A stretch of DNA of 53,406 bases from Octopus sinensis (GCF_006345805.1 NW_021833869.1:1-53406); one strand, 5' to 3'. Numbered from the stretch's first letter, positions 1 through 12,390 are shown. Made by a program: numbers and translations. The notes: generated by a model not told the origin, from the letters alone.

Positions 1-39
1 GTTCGGGATTCAAACTCACAACCTCACGGTTGTCAGTTC

Positions 40-262
40 TGGGTGGAAGTTTTAAGTAGAAGCTCAAAGTTCGAAGTAGAGGCTCCTTCCTCTTTCAAGT
101 GTCACAAGTGGCTCACCAGGGACAGGATATTGTACCTTTCCATTATTCTAAAAGAGTATTTGTGGTTGTTCAGGCGTTGCTTTTATGGGGGGCTCAGATG
201 AACCTACATATTACTGCTGTAAAGCTGTGTGGTGTGCTTCTTCTTCAGAAATATGCACTACT
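40..262 (-). mobile_element. Penelope-like element remnant (decayed GIY-YIG endonuclease)
   Basis: Minus strand, with one frameshift and stops, reads YVGSSEPPI/KQRLNNHKYSFRIMERYNILSLVSHL*HLKEEG, matching the YIG..T...FK.R.NNH..SF....T.LS.HIW.LK pattern of Penelope/Neptune GIY-YIG domains. Confidence 0.5.
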
Positions 263-272
263 GACGATATTT

Positions 273-416
273 ATACATACATACATACATACATACATAC
301 ATACATACATACATACATAATTACATACATACATAATTACATACATACATACATACATACATATACACATACATACATACATACATACATACATACATAA
401 TTACATACATACATAA

Positions 417-447
<31 letters not shown>

Positions 448-484
448 CATAAATACATACATACATAATTACATACATACATAA

Positions 485-515
<31 letters not shown>

Positions 516-708
516 CATACATACATAAATACATACATACATAATTACATACATACACACATATATACATACATACATACATACATACATACATAAATAC
601 ATACATACATAATTACATACATACATAAATACATACATACATAATTACATACATACACACATATATACATACATACATACATACATACATACATACATAC
701 ATACATAA

Positions 709-757
<49 letters not shown>
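273..757. repeat. (TACA)n microsatellite with TAAT/TAAA variants and a ~100-bp higher-order duplication
   Basis: Direct reading; block ataattacatacatacacacatatatacat recurs at 541 and 641. Confidence 0.95.
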
Positions 758-761
<4 letters not shown>

Positions 762-914
762 GTTGAAATGTACAGAAAAACAAAAGACGAAGACAGGTGC
801 ATAAACAACAAACAAGTGTATTAGTTTGATCCTTGGGAAGGTGAGAAAGTCTTTTACATTTCAAGCCTACGCTCTTCAGCAGAAAGGAACATGAGAAAAT
901 ATATATATATATAT

Positions 915-1115
915 ATAAAGTGAGATAGGGGTTGTGAGTGTAACCCTCTATGGGATAACATATATCCAATATACTCTCATTGATGTGTACTGTTTTGTTC
1001 TGTATTATTGTGCTTGATCTTGATGTTCCTATGTAGTTGGTTAATGAATTATGTGAATGGGTATTATCTTGTAGTTGATTATTGATTAAAGTGTATTCCT
1101 CCATTTTCTTATTTT

Positions 1116-1118
<3 letters not shown>
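915..1118 (-). repeat. AT-rich interspersed repeat, TA-flanked; diverged inverted copy at 4056-4200
   Basis: Reverse complement caaaaataagaaaatggaggaatacactttaatcaataatcaactacaag matches caaaataagaaaatggagaaatacatcttaatcaataatcaactaccag at 4057. Confidence 0.55.
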
Positions 1119-1151
<33 letters not shown>

Positions 1152-1176
1152 AATAATATCTATATATATACAAATA

Positions 1177-1226
<50 letters not shown>

Positions 1227-1250
1227 GTATGTATATATGTGTGTGTGTGT

Positions 1251-1551
1251 GGAGGCGCAATGGCCCAGTGGTTAGGGCAGCGGACTCGCGGTCGTAGGAT
1301 CGGGTTTCGATTCCCAGACTGGGCGTTGTGAGTGTTTATTGAGCGAAAACACCTAAAAAGCTCCACGAGGGAGCTCCGGCAGGGGGTGGTGATCCCTGCT
1401 GTACGCTACTCTTCTCTCCCCTCTTTCTTCTGTTGGCCTGCTCGCTTAGCCAGCGGGGTGGCGTCATTCGAAGGCTAAAACAATGCGAAGCGCATTGTGA
1501 CCAGCGATGTGTAACAACATCTGATGGTCTGGTCGGTCATGTGATCACGTG
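1251..1551 (+). mobile_element. tRNA-derived SINE, family C
   Basis: A box TGGCCCAGTGG and B box GGTTTCGATTCCC followed by a non-tRNA body; homologous copies at 2104, 21135, 33277. Confidence 0.9.
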
Positions 1552-1917
1552 GTATATATGTATATATATATATATATAAAGTGCCAATGCACCAAACATC
1601 GGTCCTTGAGCTATCATAACTTCTTCCGATTATTAGTGAAAAAGCACGTATGTACACTTGTGTTTTGAGTTCCATTTTCCTGTTTACATAACTAAACCTA
1701 CATTCCCTTCTGTGTACGTGTGCATGCGTGCGTGTGTGTGTGGTATATGTGATGATTGCTCCTTTCGATTTCAACATATAGGTGTTTCAAAGAGAGGATT
1801 TAAGAAGAGAGAAAGAGGGGGGAGAGATAGAGAGAGAGAGAAGATAAAGACAACTTCAAAAATAAGCTGCATCTGCCTTATCATGCCATTTTATGTTGCA
1901 ATTATTGCGCAGACTGA

Positions 1918-2000
1918 CATCATCATCATCATCGTTTAACGTCCGTTTTCCGTGCTAGCACGGGTTGGACGGTTCGACCGGGGTCTGGGAAGCCAGGGTC
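1918..2000 (-). mobile_element. 3' fragment of (GAT)n-tailed retroposon, family D
   Basis: (CAT)n-cgtttaacgtccgttttcc..gctagc..ggttggacgg, same end as copies at 28117, 32774, 34522, 35895. Confidence 0.75.
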
Positions 2001-2046
2001 TTAACGATTAACAAAGTTAACTTTTCGATTAAGGGACCCACCTTTG

Positions 2047-2099
<53 letters not shown>

Positions 2100-2103
2100 C
2101 ACC

Positions 2104-2396
2104 ATGATCACCGTGACCGACCAGACTATCAGATGTTGCTACACATCGCTGGTCACAATGCGCTTTGCATTGTTTTTAGCCTTCAAATGACGCCACCCCG
2201 CTGGCTAAGCAAGCAGGCCAACAGAAGAAAGTGTGAGAGAAAGTTGTGGCGAAAGAGTACAGCAGGGATCGCTATTACTCCCTGCCGGAGACTCATGGAG
2301 CTTTAGGTATTTTCGCTCAATAAACACACACAACGCCCAGTCTGGGAATCGAGACCGCGAGTCCGCTGCCCTAACCACTCGGCCATTGTGCCTCCA
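2104..2396 (-). mobile_element. tRNA-derived SINE, family C (inverted relative to 1251-1551)
   Basis: Reverse complement aligns end to end with 1251-1551. Confidence 0.9.
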
Positions 2397-2400
2397 CATG

Positions 2401-2440
<40 letters not shown>

Positions 2441-2631
2441 CATACACAAACACATATATATAATATGGGGTTTAGTTCACAGGTACCCTTTCCCTATTTG
2501 TCTCCGACGACGGAATGTCCCAAGACTGATTTTTTTCCCCAATAATGATAATGTATGACTTGAAATGTTTGCCTTGCCTTAATGTTTGTTGTCCTCTTTA
2601 ACAATTATATATGTATACATATATATATATA

Positions 2632-3901
2632 CTGGGTTGTCAAGAAAGTTCTTGCGGAATTTTTAATTTTGGTTTTAAATGATGCATTTTCAAATTAATT
2701 TTCATTAAATTACTTTGACTTTATGTATCATTTTAAAGCCCGTCTTTCGCTCTATCTAATCGTGTTACTCTTTTTCTTTTTTTGAATAATTAGGCCATTT
2801 TTTCCGGAACGTTGAATACAACAGAGACAATTCGCACAATTTTCTTATTCCAGTTCAAGCTAGGCCGAAAAGCTGCTGAAACAGCTCGCGATATCAATGA
2901 TGCGTTTGTATCAGAAACCACTAATGAACATACAACACAATGGTGGTTCAAGAAATTTCGAGAGTCTTGAAGATGATAAACATAATTGTCGGCCATCGGA
3001 TGTTGACAACGATCAACTAAGAGCCTTAGTCGAAGCCAGTCCACGCACAACTGTTCGAGAGCTTGCTTCTGAATTAGACGTAATGTATACGACAATTTCC
3101 AACCACTTGAAAGATTGGAAAAACAAAAATACTTGAGGAGTGGGTGTCGCACGAATCGAACGATCTCGCCTCCCCCCCAAAAAACGCTGTTTTGAAGTGT
3201 CATCTTCCCTTCTTTTACGCAACAAGAGTGACCCGTTTCTTGACCAGATTGTGACTTGCAATAAAAAGTGGATTCTTTATGACAACTGTCGACGTTCAGC
3301 TCTGTGATTGGATGCCGACGAAGCTCCACGGCACTTCCCGAAGCCAAAGTTGCACCAAAAGAAGATCATGGTGACTGTTTGGTGGTCGGCGGCCGGTCTC
3401 ATCCATCACAGCTTTTTGGATCCAGGCGAAACCATTACGGCGGAGAAGTACTATCAGCAAATGGATGAAATACATAAAAAAACTCCGACAACAGCCAGCA
3501 TTGCTCAATAGAAAAGGAGCAATTCTTCTCCACGACAACGCTCGGTCGCATGTCACACAACTGACCCTGCAGAAGTTGAATGAATTAGGCTACAAAATTC
3601 TGCCTCATCTGCCATACTCACCAGACCTCTCGCCTATTGACTACCACTTTTTCAAGCATCTCGACAACTTTCTGCATGAGAAATGCTTCAAAAACCAAGA
3701 CAATGCCAAACATCAACAACTTCATCGCCACCAGAACGCAGGGTTTTTACGCTACTGGCATAAATAAACTTGTTTCGCATTGGCAAAAGCATGTTGATTC
3801 TGATGGTGTTTATTTCAATTAATAAAGTTTTGATTGAGCCAAGATATGTGCACATCTGAATTTGAAGGTTAAAAACTGCAAGAACTTTCTTGACAACCTA
3901 A
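2632..3901 (+). mobile_element. Full-length mariner transposon (Hsmar1/SETMAR-like, DD34D)
   Basis: 26-bp TIRs ctgggttgtcaagaaagttcttgcgg (2632-2657) and ctgcaagaactttcttgacaacctaa (3876-3901), 3 mismatches; TA on both sides; 1270 bp; transposase motifs inside. Confidence 0.95.
2811..3822 (+). pseudogene. Mariner transposase pseudogene (several frameshifts and stops)
   Basis: Fragments IRTIFLFQFKLGRKAAETARDIND, VTCNKKWILYDN (first catalytic D changed to N), HFPKPKLHQKKIMVTVWWSAAGLIH, LLHDNAR, YSPDLSPIDYHFF, FYATGINKLVSHWQK in different frames. Confidence 0.92.
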
Positions 3902-3994
3902 TATATATGTGTGTGTGTGTGTGTGTACACACACACACACACACATATATCTATAATATAAATTGGACATGGGCGATCGTTGTATTCTTTCTTG

Positions 3995-4055
<61 letters not shown>

Positions 4056-4058
<3 letters not shown>

Positions 4059-4330
4059 AAATAAGAAAATGGAGAAATACATCTTAATCAATAATCAACT
4101 ACCAGTAATACCCAATTACATAATTTATTAAACCACTACATATGAACATTAAGGTCAAACATAATAATATAGAACAAAACAATGTACATGAATGAGTAAT
4201 ATGATACAATAAGTACAGTATGTATAAGTGAATATAAATAAATACAAATATAAATATAAACTACATCTTACAGCTGTTTCGCCCATGCAGATATGGGTGT
4301 CTCATTATGCTCATATTAGCCATGTGTGAT
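4056..4330 (+). mobile_element. TA-flanked repeat, probable Penelope pLTR remnant
   Basis: Homologous to 915-1118; carries cttacagctgtttcg, the reverse complement of a GAAACAGCTGTA hammerhead-like half. Confidence 0.4.
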
Positions 4331-4669
4331 AGGTTAATATGTAGTTATAAATGAGACACTTACAAAAATATCCCAGGGCCTCTTCAGAGATTATGAAATA
4401 CAAACTAAATTAAATATGAGTGGGTGCATACCCATAATATATAATATACACATACATATGAGTGTATATACCCATACTCCTATACATATATATATACATA
4501 TACATAATAATATACAGCAATATACATACATATGTTCTATATTCAAGGTTATAGTTGGTCAAAACAATATAATAGAATAATTACAATATAGAAAACATAC
4601 ACATATCTATATTCAAATGCAGATATACAGAGTCAAGAGTTCATTATATTAAATATATATATATAGGTA

Positions 4670-5040
4670 GGCACGGGCATGGCTGTGTGGTTAGGGAGCT
4701 TGCTTTCTAGCTACATGGTTTCGGGTTCAGTCCCACTGCATGGCTCTTTGGGCAGGTGTCTTCCGCTATAGCCCCGAGTCGACCGGAGCTTTGTGATTGA
4801 ATTCGGTAGGCGGAAGTTACTGCCGTGTGTGTATGTGTGCGTATAGGTGCTTGTGCCTCTCCGAAAGAGAGAGAGGGAAAAACTACCTCGCTTGGCAACA
4901 GGTGGGGGTTGGCGTCAGGAAGGGCATCCGTCCGTAGAAAACTTGCCACATGCATAGCGCTGCATATATGTGCATACATTTTTTCGTCCAACCCATGCTA
5001 GCATGGAAAGCGGACGCTAAACGATGATGATGATGATGAT
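4670..5040 (+). mobile_element. Diverged SINE with family A tRNA head and family D (GAT)n tail
   Basis: ggctgtgtggt..gggttcagtcccactg head; 3' end ccaacccatgctagcatggaaagcggacgctaaacgatgatgat. Confidence 0.75.
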
Positions 5041-5051
5041 ATATATATATG

Positions 5052-5101
<50 letters not shown>

Positions 5102-5171
5102 ATGTATATTTATATATATATATATATATGTATGTATATATAGTTATATATATATATATATTATATATGTA

Positions 5172-5213
<42 letters not shown>

Positions 5214-5270
5214 TATATATACACACATACATATATTTATATATATATATATACATACATACATACATAT
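5040..5270. repeat. (TA)n-rich compound microsatellite
   Basis: Direct reading. Confidence 0.95.
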
Positions 5271-5975
5271 ATAAAACTTTTGAGGAGAGCAGTGTTAACT
5301 ATCGTTAACAAAATCCTGTAATTAGCTTGTATTCTATTTTCTTTCTTTATTTTTATATATAAATTTGCCGTTAGTGTGATTCGAACACATATAGTAAAGG
5401 GAAATAAGCTGAATGAAAACAGCATCCAGACAGCAGCAATTTCGTTTGTCGCTTCTATCGATTGCGCCAATGAACCCTTAACCGAACATCGCTGACGTGT
5501 ACTCGAGCACATGACCTCTGCGAAAGTAATTATACAGCGCGTAGTTATCAGTTTCTTGGTAACGAGAAAACCTGTTTTGGGACAAAATATACTTAAAAAT
5601 AAATGAATTCTCCCTTGCTACTAACGAAGAAAAGCTTACGAAATAATAATAATATAAAAAATAACTCAAAAAAAGCAAGAAAGATAGATAAATAAATATA
5701 TAAATCAGAGTAACGCTACCAACGAGAAGAAATTACAGAAAAGAAAAGCTATATACACATACACACAACATTATTACCAGCTAAATAACTAATTATAATT
5801 TACGAAATTAACTGAACTCTGTCACCAAGCTGCCTTAGAAATATATATATATACATTTATATTCTGTATTATTTTACCCATCAACCTGATTATTATTTTT
5901 TTCTTCTGTCATACGCGCCACCCATCCTGCCCTAGTTGATATCCACTATCACTATCACCCTTACTCCCTTGCCAG

Positions 5976-6017
5976 TATATATATATATAGCAAAGCGGAA
6001 CTGTCTTCCTTTCAGTC
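5976..6017 (+). promoter_or_regulatory. Candidate core promoter of the sialomucin gene (TATA-like tract plus TCAGTC initiator)
   Basis: (TA)7 at 5976-5989 lies 25-38 bp upstream of TCAGTC (6012-6017); CpG-richer unique sequence around 5400-5560 (CCAAT 5467, TGACGT 5493) and 6050-6350; ATG at 6323. Confidence 0.35.
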
Positions 6018-6322
6018 TGTGTTTTTCAATCTGTTTAAACTGGTCACTGGAGTCAAGGACGCATTTATCGCGCTACTTCGACACTGACGTTCAAATTACT
6101 CAAGTGCGTAATTTAAGCAACTTATCAACAGACAAACAAATCGATTGATTAACAACAACAACAACAGTAAATAATAATAAAAAAAAAACGATACCGGTGA
6201 AACTATCACAGATCGATTTTTCTAAAATCAGTTAAATTTTGCTTTTTATTTCTTGCGAGTGTCTTCGTCTCACCCGAGTGTACATTTAAACAGTTTTTGG
6301 AAAAGAAAATCTTGTAATAATA

Positions 6323-6404
6323 ATGGCCAACTCTACGCGTGGTTTTTTTGTACTCCCCATTCTCTTCAGTTTTTTGCTCTTTGGAGCCTTTTTCACGCTT
6401 ACAG
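6323..6404 (+). CDS. Sialomucin gene coding exon 1 (signal peptide)
   Basis: ATG with A at -3 and G at +4; MANSTRGFFVLPILFSFLLFGAFFTLT has n-region Arg plus hydrophobic core; ends phase 1 at consensus donor CAG/GTAAGT. Confidence 0.82.
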
Positions 6405-9400
6405 GTAAGTGATTTTATATATCTATTTATATATTATGCATATATATTTGTATGTAACTAGGTTTTACAAACGGCAGGTGGGGAAAAGTACTCGATGTAC
6501 AGTTTAATATATTACATGTGCATACATATATATTACAGTAAACGTGACCAATATACACACATGACTTGAGTAGTGTATAATTTTTATAAGCAGAAAAATC
6601 CAAAGTATATTTCGTTTATTTATGTGTATTTGTTCTTTGACAAGGATTAAATTTCCAGTTAATAAACTAGCTTATACACTGTTAGAATTTATACATACAT
6701 GTGTGTGTGTTCAATTATGTATACAGTTTGCTATACCCAATTATATAGATCTAATTGCTTTATTTAGTTGTATGTATTTACTGTTTAAGATCTTAAATAA
6801 ATGTATTTACTATTTAAGATCTGAAATAAAATTTTTAAAAAAGCTAACAACGAAATTAGTCCAGAAGTTTCCAGTAATTGGACGGAAAGTCAACGTGGTA
6901 CCTGCCTCTAAGGGGGTGGTATTCGGCCTGCGAGAAATAGAAACAAAATCTCTCAAATAATAACCAACCATCTGAAAATTTATACTTCCAAAAAGTTGCA
7001 TGATCGATCATTTGTTCGTTCGATCAGGTCAGATAGGGCTGGATCTAAACAAGTAATGCACCAAATTTCTAATTAATTATCACATCGAAAATGAATTTAA
7101 CTTGTGACAGTTTATAAATCTTAAAACAATTCAGTGCTTGTTTATTTGTATGAAAGCCCACGATTGACAAGATAACGAAATGTCAAATATTATCGTGTTT
7201 ATTATCTTTTTAATTCTTTTTATTTCAGTCTAAATGTACATCGTCTTAATTCTTACGGTCAATCCCCTAACAAGTTTAAATACCTGCCCGAGGTTCATCT
7301 CGCTTCCCAATATTCCCAGAGGGTGGGGCAATGGAATAAGATTTACCAGTCAAGTACTAAAAACCTGTTTAAAAACCGTTGCACTCCCAAACATTCTGTC
7401 TTTAATTGTTCCCTTTTACTTTTCACGTTGTTATATACATTAGGCAATTTTATTTAATATATAGAAATCCCTTCGGCATATGTCGAGTCTTATAAATAAT
7501 TTATTATAGCTAAAATGTTTTTACAACAATGTATTTCTTTGTTCATGTGTATGAAGTCTTTATTCTTATCATTCGCTGTGTAGTACAGCTGGTTTTTAAT
7601 TAATACTTGTAAATAAATGAACTGTGCTTGTCTGTTTTATTTCAGCAAGCTTTCTATCCACCCTACTCTCGTCTACAAAAGTTTTCCTGCTTACACTCCT
7701 TGCTAAATGACTAAATGTAACAGCCTAATCACCCTCAAATTATAACTAACCGTCTTGAATGACCCTTCAGATTATGAAATCTTAGAGTTTGCTATAAGTA
7801 AAAAATTAAGTGGGCACAATTGAAAAAGCCTTCCGTCATAGGTCCTATCCACTTTGGACTAACCTAAACAACATTAATGTATAAATCTGTGATATTTAAG
7901 GACGAAAAGCGAAATGTTTGATATCCAATCCTAATTTACCATTTCGTTTTATATAAACTTTCCTTCCTCAAAAAGCATCACCAAAGAACTTTTTGAATCC
8001 AGACTTAGATTTTTTTTAATTATCTTTAGCAAGTTTACTCTCAGGAAGTAAAGCTTATAACTAGTGTAATATAGTTAAATCTCGGCACAATATTTTGTCC
8101 TTAATAACTTTTAAGTCATATGCAACAAATGAAGTTTCGACTTCAAATGTGGCCCACCCTCCTCAACGGCCACAGTTTCCACTTTTTATTTTAACACATC
8201 TAAAATTCTAAATAACCGATCCATCAACAGCATCTTTATTATTATTATTTAAGACATTTTGTTTAAAAAAAATGTAATTTTGTTTTCCATGTCAAAAGTA
8301 TATGATATATTATTACTATTATCTTTCACGGCTGTTCGGTAACCATGCTGGGATGTAAGCCGTCTGTGGCTCTTCAGGGGGGCGTATAAACCAGGGTGTT
8401 GTTCATATTAACACACGCACAGACACATTTGTGTATTTGTTCACATTATATCATATATTGTGTAATTTACACAGCAATACTGACATGTTAGGTCACATTA
8501 TACTCCAACACCTGCTTTGCTTTTTCTTTCTTTTTCTATAAGAAACCCCGCCATATATAGCGAGTGTGTGTGTTTCGACCGTTGGGGAAGAAATTTTATA
8601 TGACCCAAATTGCTCAAACTCAAGTCATTGTGACAAATTGCTTCTAATGCCTGTACGTACGTGTGTGTGTGTGACAAATAGCTTCTCTAATTTGTCTCTG
8701 TCTATAATACGCATGCCAAACATCCTAGATGACTGAGTAAATATTCGTTTCACTTTGTTTTTCCTCATAATCTTATGGCCTTCATCGCGACTTTTTCTCC
8801 TTTATCATCTAAATAACATCTACCCCACCAACCGCACGTTGCCTTTTTCTATCTTCGTAACGCCTCCACTCTGTCATTTATATAATTTTTAAACATACTC
8901 AAATTAGTTTTTTAAGTAATGCTTTAAACACATAGGTAATAAAAAGGGTTTGCTCTACTAAAAATAACTGAAATACCATTTTAAATTACACAACCTTCCC
9001 TTTTTATATAAAAAAAAATGACCTGCGAGATATTGAATTCATCTTTAATATCCCATGGTTTGAAAGTCTTTTGATCATAGGTTTTGCTCACTGTGGGCTG
9101 ACTCGGGGTTAAATAGAAACTGAAAAGTTTAATTACCACACTGGTAATTAAACCCAATAATTAACAAAATGGTGTCGGTCTTAAGTTTTTTCTTTCTTTC
9201 TTTCGTTAATGTCTTCATCTAATTGTTGAATAACCTCTTTAAAAAGTTCTTAATCTATTTAAAAATGATTTTAAAATTGTCCACGAAAACTTTTTTACTT
9301 TGTCAAATTTTTTTCAATGTCTCAAATGACCAATTTAACTTTTTTTTTTTTCCTATAACTTATAAGTGAGAATTGACTGCTTTGGAGGTGGGGAGTCTCT

Positions 9401-9544
9401 GTAGCAATACTTTATAAGTTCTGAACTACCAAACGGGTGTGGTATCTATAATATTAAAATAAACTTGCCTCAAATCTACTCCCGTCCTTTTCTATGTACT
9501 AAGACCGACTATTCTATTGAATGTGTCCTTTATTAATGATAAAC

Positions 9545-9930
9545 AGGCGTAGTTGTGTGGTGAAGAAATGTGCTTTCCAACTATACAGTTACTGGTTCAG
9601 TTTCAGTGTGTGGAAGCTTGGGCGTGGGTTTTCTACCAGCCTCGGGCTGACCAAAGCATTGTGAGTGGATTTGGTAGACAGAAACTGAAAGAAGCCCGTC
9701 GTCTGTATGTACGGTGGGGGGTCTTTGTATTTGTGCCACCCCTCCTCCCGCCGTTTGACAACCGGTGCTGGTTTGTTTGTGTCTCCGTAACTTAGCGGTT
9801 CGGCATAGCTCGATAGAAAAATTTACGAAGCTTTAAGGGAAATGTACGGGATTAGATTCGATTGACTAAAACACTTGATGCCAATGCTGCAGCATGACCG
9901 CAGTCCAGTGACTGAAACAAGTGAACGATT
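9545..9930 (+). mobile_element. tRNA-derived SINE, family A (diverged)
   Basis: Aligns with 11500-11893. Confidence 0.8.
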
Positions 9931-10685
9931 AAAAAAAAAAGAAATTGTTGATTGCTGTGAGATCTGTTTCCTTAATCGATAAAAGTTCGATCGACATATC
10001 GCTAAATTTGTGGCACAGCTTGATGCATTATTAAAAACAGAAAAGACAGTAAATAGAAACAGATCTGTCGTTGTCAAGAGGAAGATAAATCAATGTTGAT
10101 ATTCAAGTTTCTTGTGAAATAGTCGTCTTTGTCTTTCTAGAAACTTGTGTGGTTTCGTGTCAGTGCGCGAGGCCTTGGACTTGTTGATTGAATGAAGGAA
10201 ATAATTAAGAGGTAAAACTATTTACATTGACATAGTGTGGGAGAGAAGTGCGGGCACTAGATGGAAACTAGGAATGGCTTTTTGTGCTGATAGAAAAATA
10301 AATTCAAAAAGAGGAACGAAATAGTTTGATGTGAGGAAAAAAGTCGGCAGTCTTTCAAGAAGATGGCGGACAAAGTGAAACAAACTGTTCTGCATCCAAG
10401 TGAAAGTGTTATGGGCGGGAGGGAGCAAACTTTCACAATTGTTCCCTCCATACACCCTACTTTGTTTCCCCCACAAAGCTGTCAGAAAAATGGATTTTTT
10501 TAAATAGATTTTTTTCTTGAAATATCTCCCGGATAGAGTAAAGATTATATTGGAATTTAAATGTAAAAAGGAATTGATAGACGCGTACACATACAATCGT
10601 ACTACATGGCATATCTACAAAATGAAACTCGAAAGTTTTAAAATAATTTCGATGTTATCCCCACAACAATTATATGCGACTATAT

Positions 10686-11071
10686 CTATTCTGTTATTGC
10701 CCAGAGGGAGGGCTAAACATAGAGGGGACAAACAAGGGCAGACAAAGGGATTAAGTCAATTACATCGACCCCAAAAGGATGAATGGTAAAATCGACCTCA
10801 GCGGAATTTGAACTCAGAATGTAGCGGCAGACGAAATACCTATTTCTTTATTACCCACAAGGGGCTAAACACAGAGGGGACAAACAAGGACAGACTAACG
10901 GATTAAGTCGATTATATCGATCCCAGTGCGTAACTGGTACTTAATTTATCGACCCCGAAAGGATGAAAGGCAAAGTCGACCTCGGCGGAATTTGAACTCA
11001 GAACGTAGCGGCAGACGAAATATTACTAAGCATTTCGCCCGGCTTGCTAATATTTCTGCCAGCTCACCGCC
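10686..11071 (-). mobile_element. tRNA-derived SINE, family B, dimeric form
   Basis: Head gagctggcagaa..gttagc..gagttcaaattcc, central gcctttcatcctttcggggtcgataaattaagtaccag (resembles the Meta-SINE domain, from memory), body and tail duplicated. Confidence 0.85.
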
Positions 11072-11499
11072 TTATTCGTATGGATTATTTTATTGCCTCT
11101 ACGATCCCACGAAATGAACACTCTAAAAGTACACAAAGACACACTGTTTTTGTGTGTTAGGTCAAACATGTTAACTATTACTTACTTGCATACCTACACA
11201 AATGTGCTCTCCCCGACTGCTTCCTCATAAGTGGGCGTTATAACAATCCAACATAAGATTACAACAGTGATGCAAATATCATGCCGTACATGACACTTAC
11301 GGCAGTCTATTGATAATAGATTTATATGAGTTTACTTGACGTGAATCACAAAGAAAAGCTCACATTTGTTGTGAAATATATTCTCTGATATTATTTACCT
11401 TTCTGCTACAGTACAACTGCATTGGTAGCTGGATTTGAACCCCCATTCCCTGTCAACGAAGTTTAGCACTTCTCTGAAATGTGGATTCAAAAAATGTTA

Positions 11500-11893
11500 G
11501 GCGCAGGAGTGGCTGTGTGGTAAGTAGCTTGCTTACCAACCACATGGTTCCAGGTTCGGTCTCACTGCATGGCACCTTGGGCAAGTGTCTTCTACTATAG
11601 CCTCGGGCCGACCAAAGCCTTGTGAGTAGATTTGGTAGACGGAAACTGAAAGAAGCCCGTCGTATATATGTATATATATGTGTGTGTATGTGTGTGTGTC
11701 TGTGTTTGTCCCCCCAACATCGCTTGATAACCGATGCTGGTGTGTTTACGTCCCCGTAACTTAGCGGTTCGGCAAAAGAGACCGATAGATTAAGTACTAG
11801 GCTTACAAAGAATAAGTCCTGGGGTTGATTTGTTCGACTAAAGGCGGTGCTCCAGCATGGCCACAGTCACATGACTGAAACAAGTAAAAGAGT
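11500..11893 (+). mobile_element. tRNA-derived SINE, family A, full length
   Basis: Head aggagtggctgtgtggtaagtagc..ggttcggtctcactg, central (TA)(TG) tract, tail gactgaaacaagtaaaagagt. Confidence 0.92.
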
Positions 11894-11913
11894 GTGTATG
11901 TACATATGTTGGG

Positions 11914-12390
11914 GCCACGTAAAAAGCACCTAGTCTGCTCTGTAAAGTGGTTGCCATTAGGAAGGGCATTCAGCCTTAAACGCCATGTCCTAGTAGACGG
12001 GAGCTTGGCACAGTCCTCTGGCTTACCCACTCCTGTCAAACCATCCAACCCAGGCCAGCATGGAAGACAGCTGTTAAATGATGATGGTTCTGTGGTTAAG
12101 AAGCATGTTTTGCAACCACAAGATGTCAGGTTCACTATGATTGCATTAAACTTTGAGCAAGTGTTTACTATAGCCCTTCACCAACCAGTTCCTTGTGAAT
12201 GGAATTGGTAGGCAGAAACTGTAGAAACCTGTGACATTTGTGTCTCCGTGCTTGTCACCATCCTTATCACTTGACGACCAGTATTTGTTTGTTTATGTCT
12301 CTGAAACTTAGCTGTTCAACAAGTGACCAACAAAGTACTGGGGTTAATTTGATTGGCTAAATCCTTCAGAGTGGTACCCCAGCATGATGC
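11914..12390 (+). mobile_element. Adjacent diverged family D 3' part and family A copy
   Basis: cacgtaaaaagcacc..ggaagggcatt..ccagcatgg..ttaaatgatgatg then degenerate A head and body. Confidence 0.6.

Noticed and set aside
185-1260. YI/HT/VCM-rich ORFs here and at 5053, 27723-28150, 28919-29645, 49275-50482
   Set aside because: Translations of (TA)n, (CA)n and (TACA)n microsatellites
1251-1325. tRNA gene
   Set aside because: A and B boxes are present but the sequence runs into a SINE body, has no acceptor-stem closure, and occurs as several dispersed diverged copies; the same applies to family A, B and E heads
2811-3822. SETMAR/Metnase gene
   Set aside because: No SET domain exon, intact TIRs with TA flanks, and multiple frameshifts: an ordinary dead mariner
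4670-4830. ADAR-hyperedited retrocopy (many A to G versus family A consensus)
   Set aside because: About as many C to T plus several G to A and T to C changes, so general transition decay explains it
11894-12211. SINE-overlapping ORFs (also 13330, 14603, 23167, 24896, 31668, 43679, 48080)
   Set aside because: All are translations of family A or D SINE sequence
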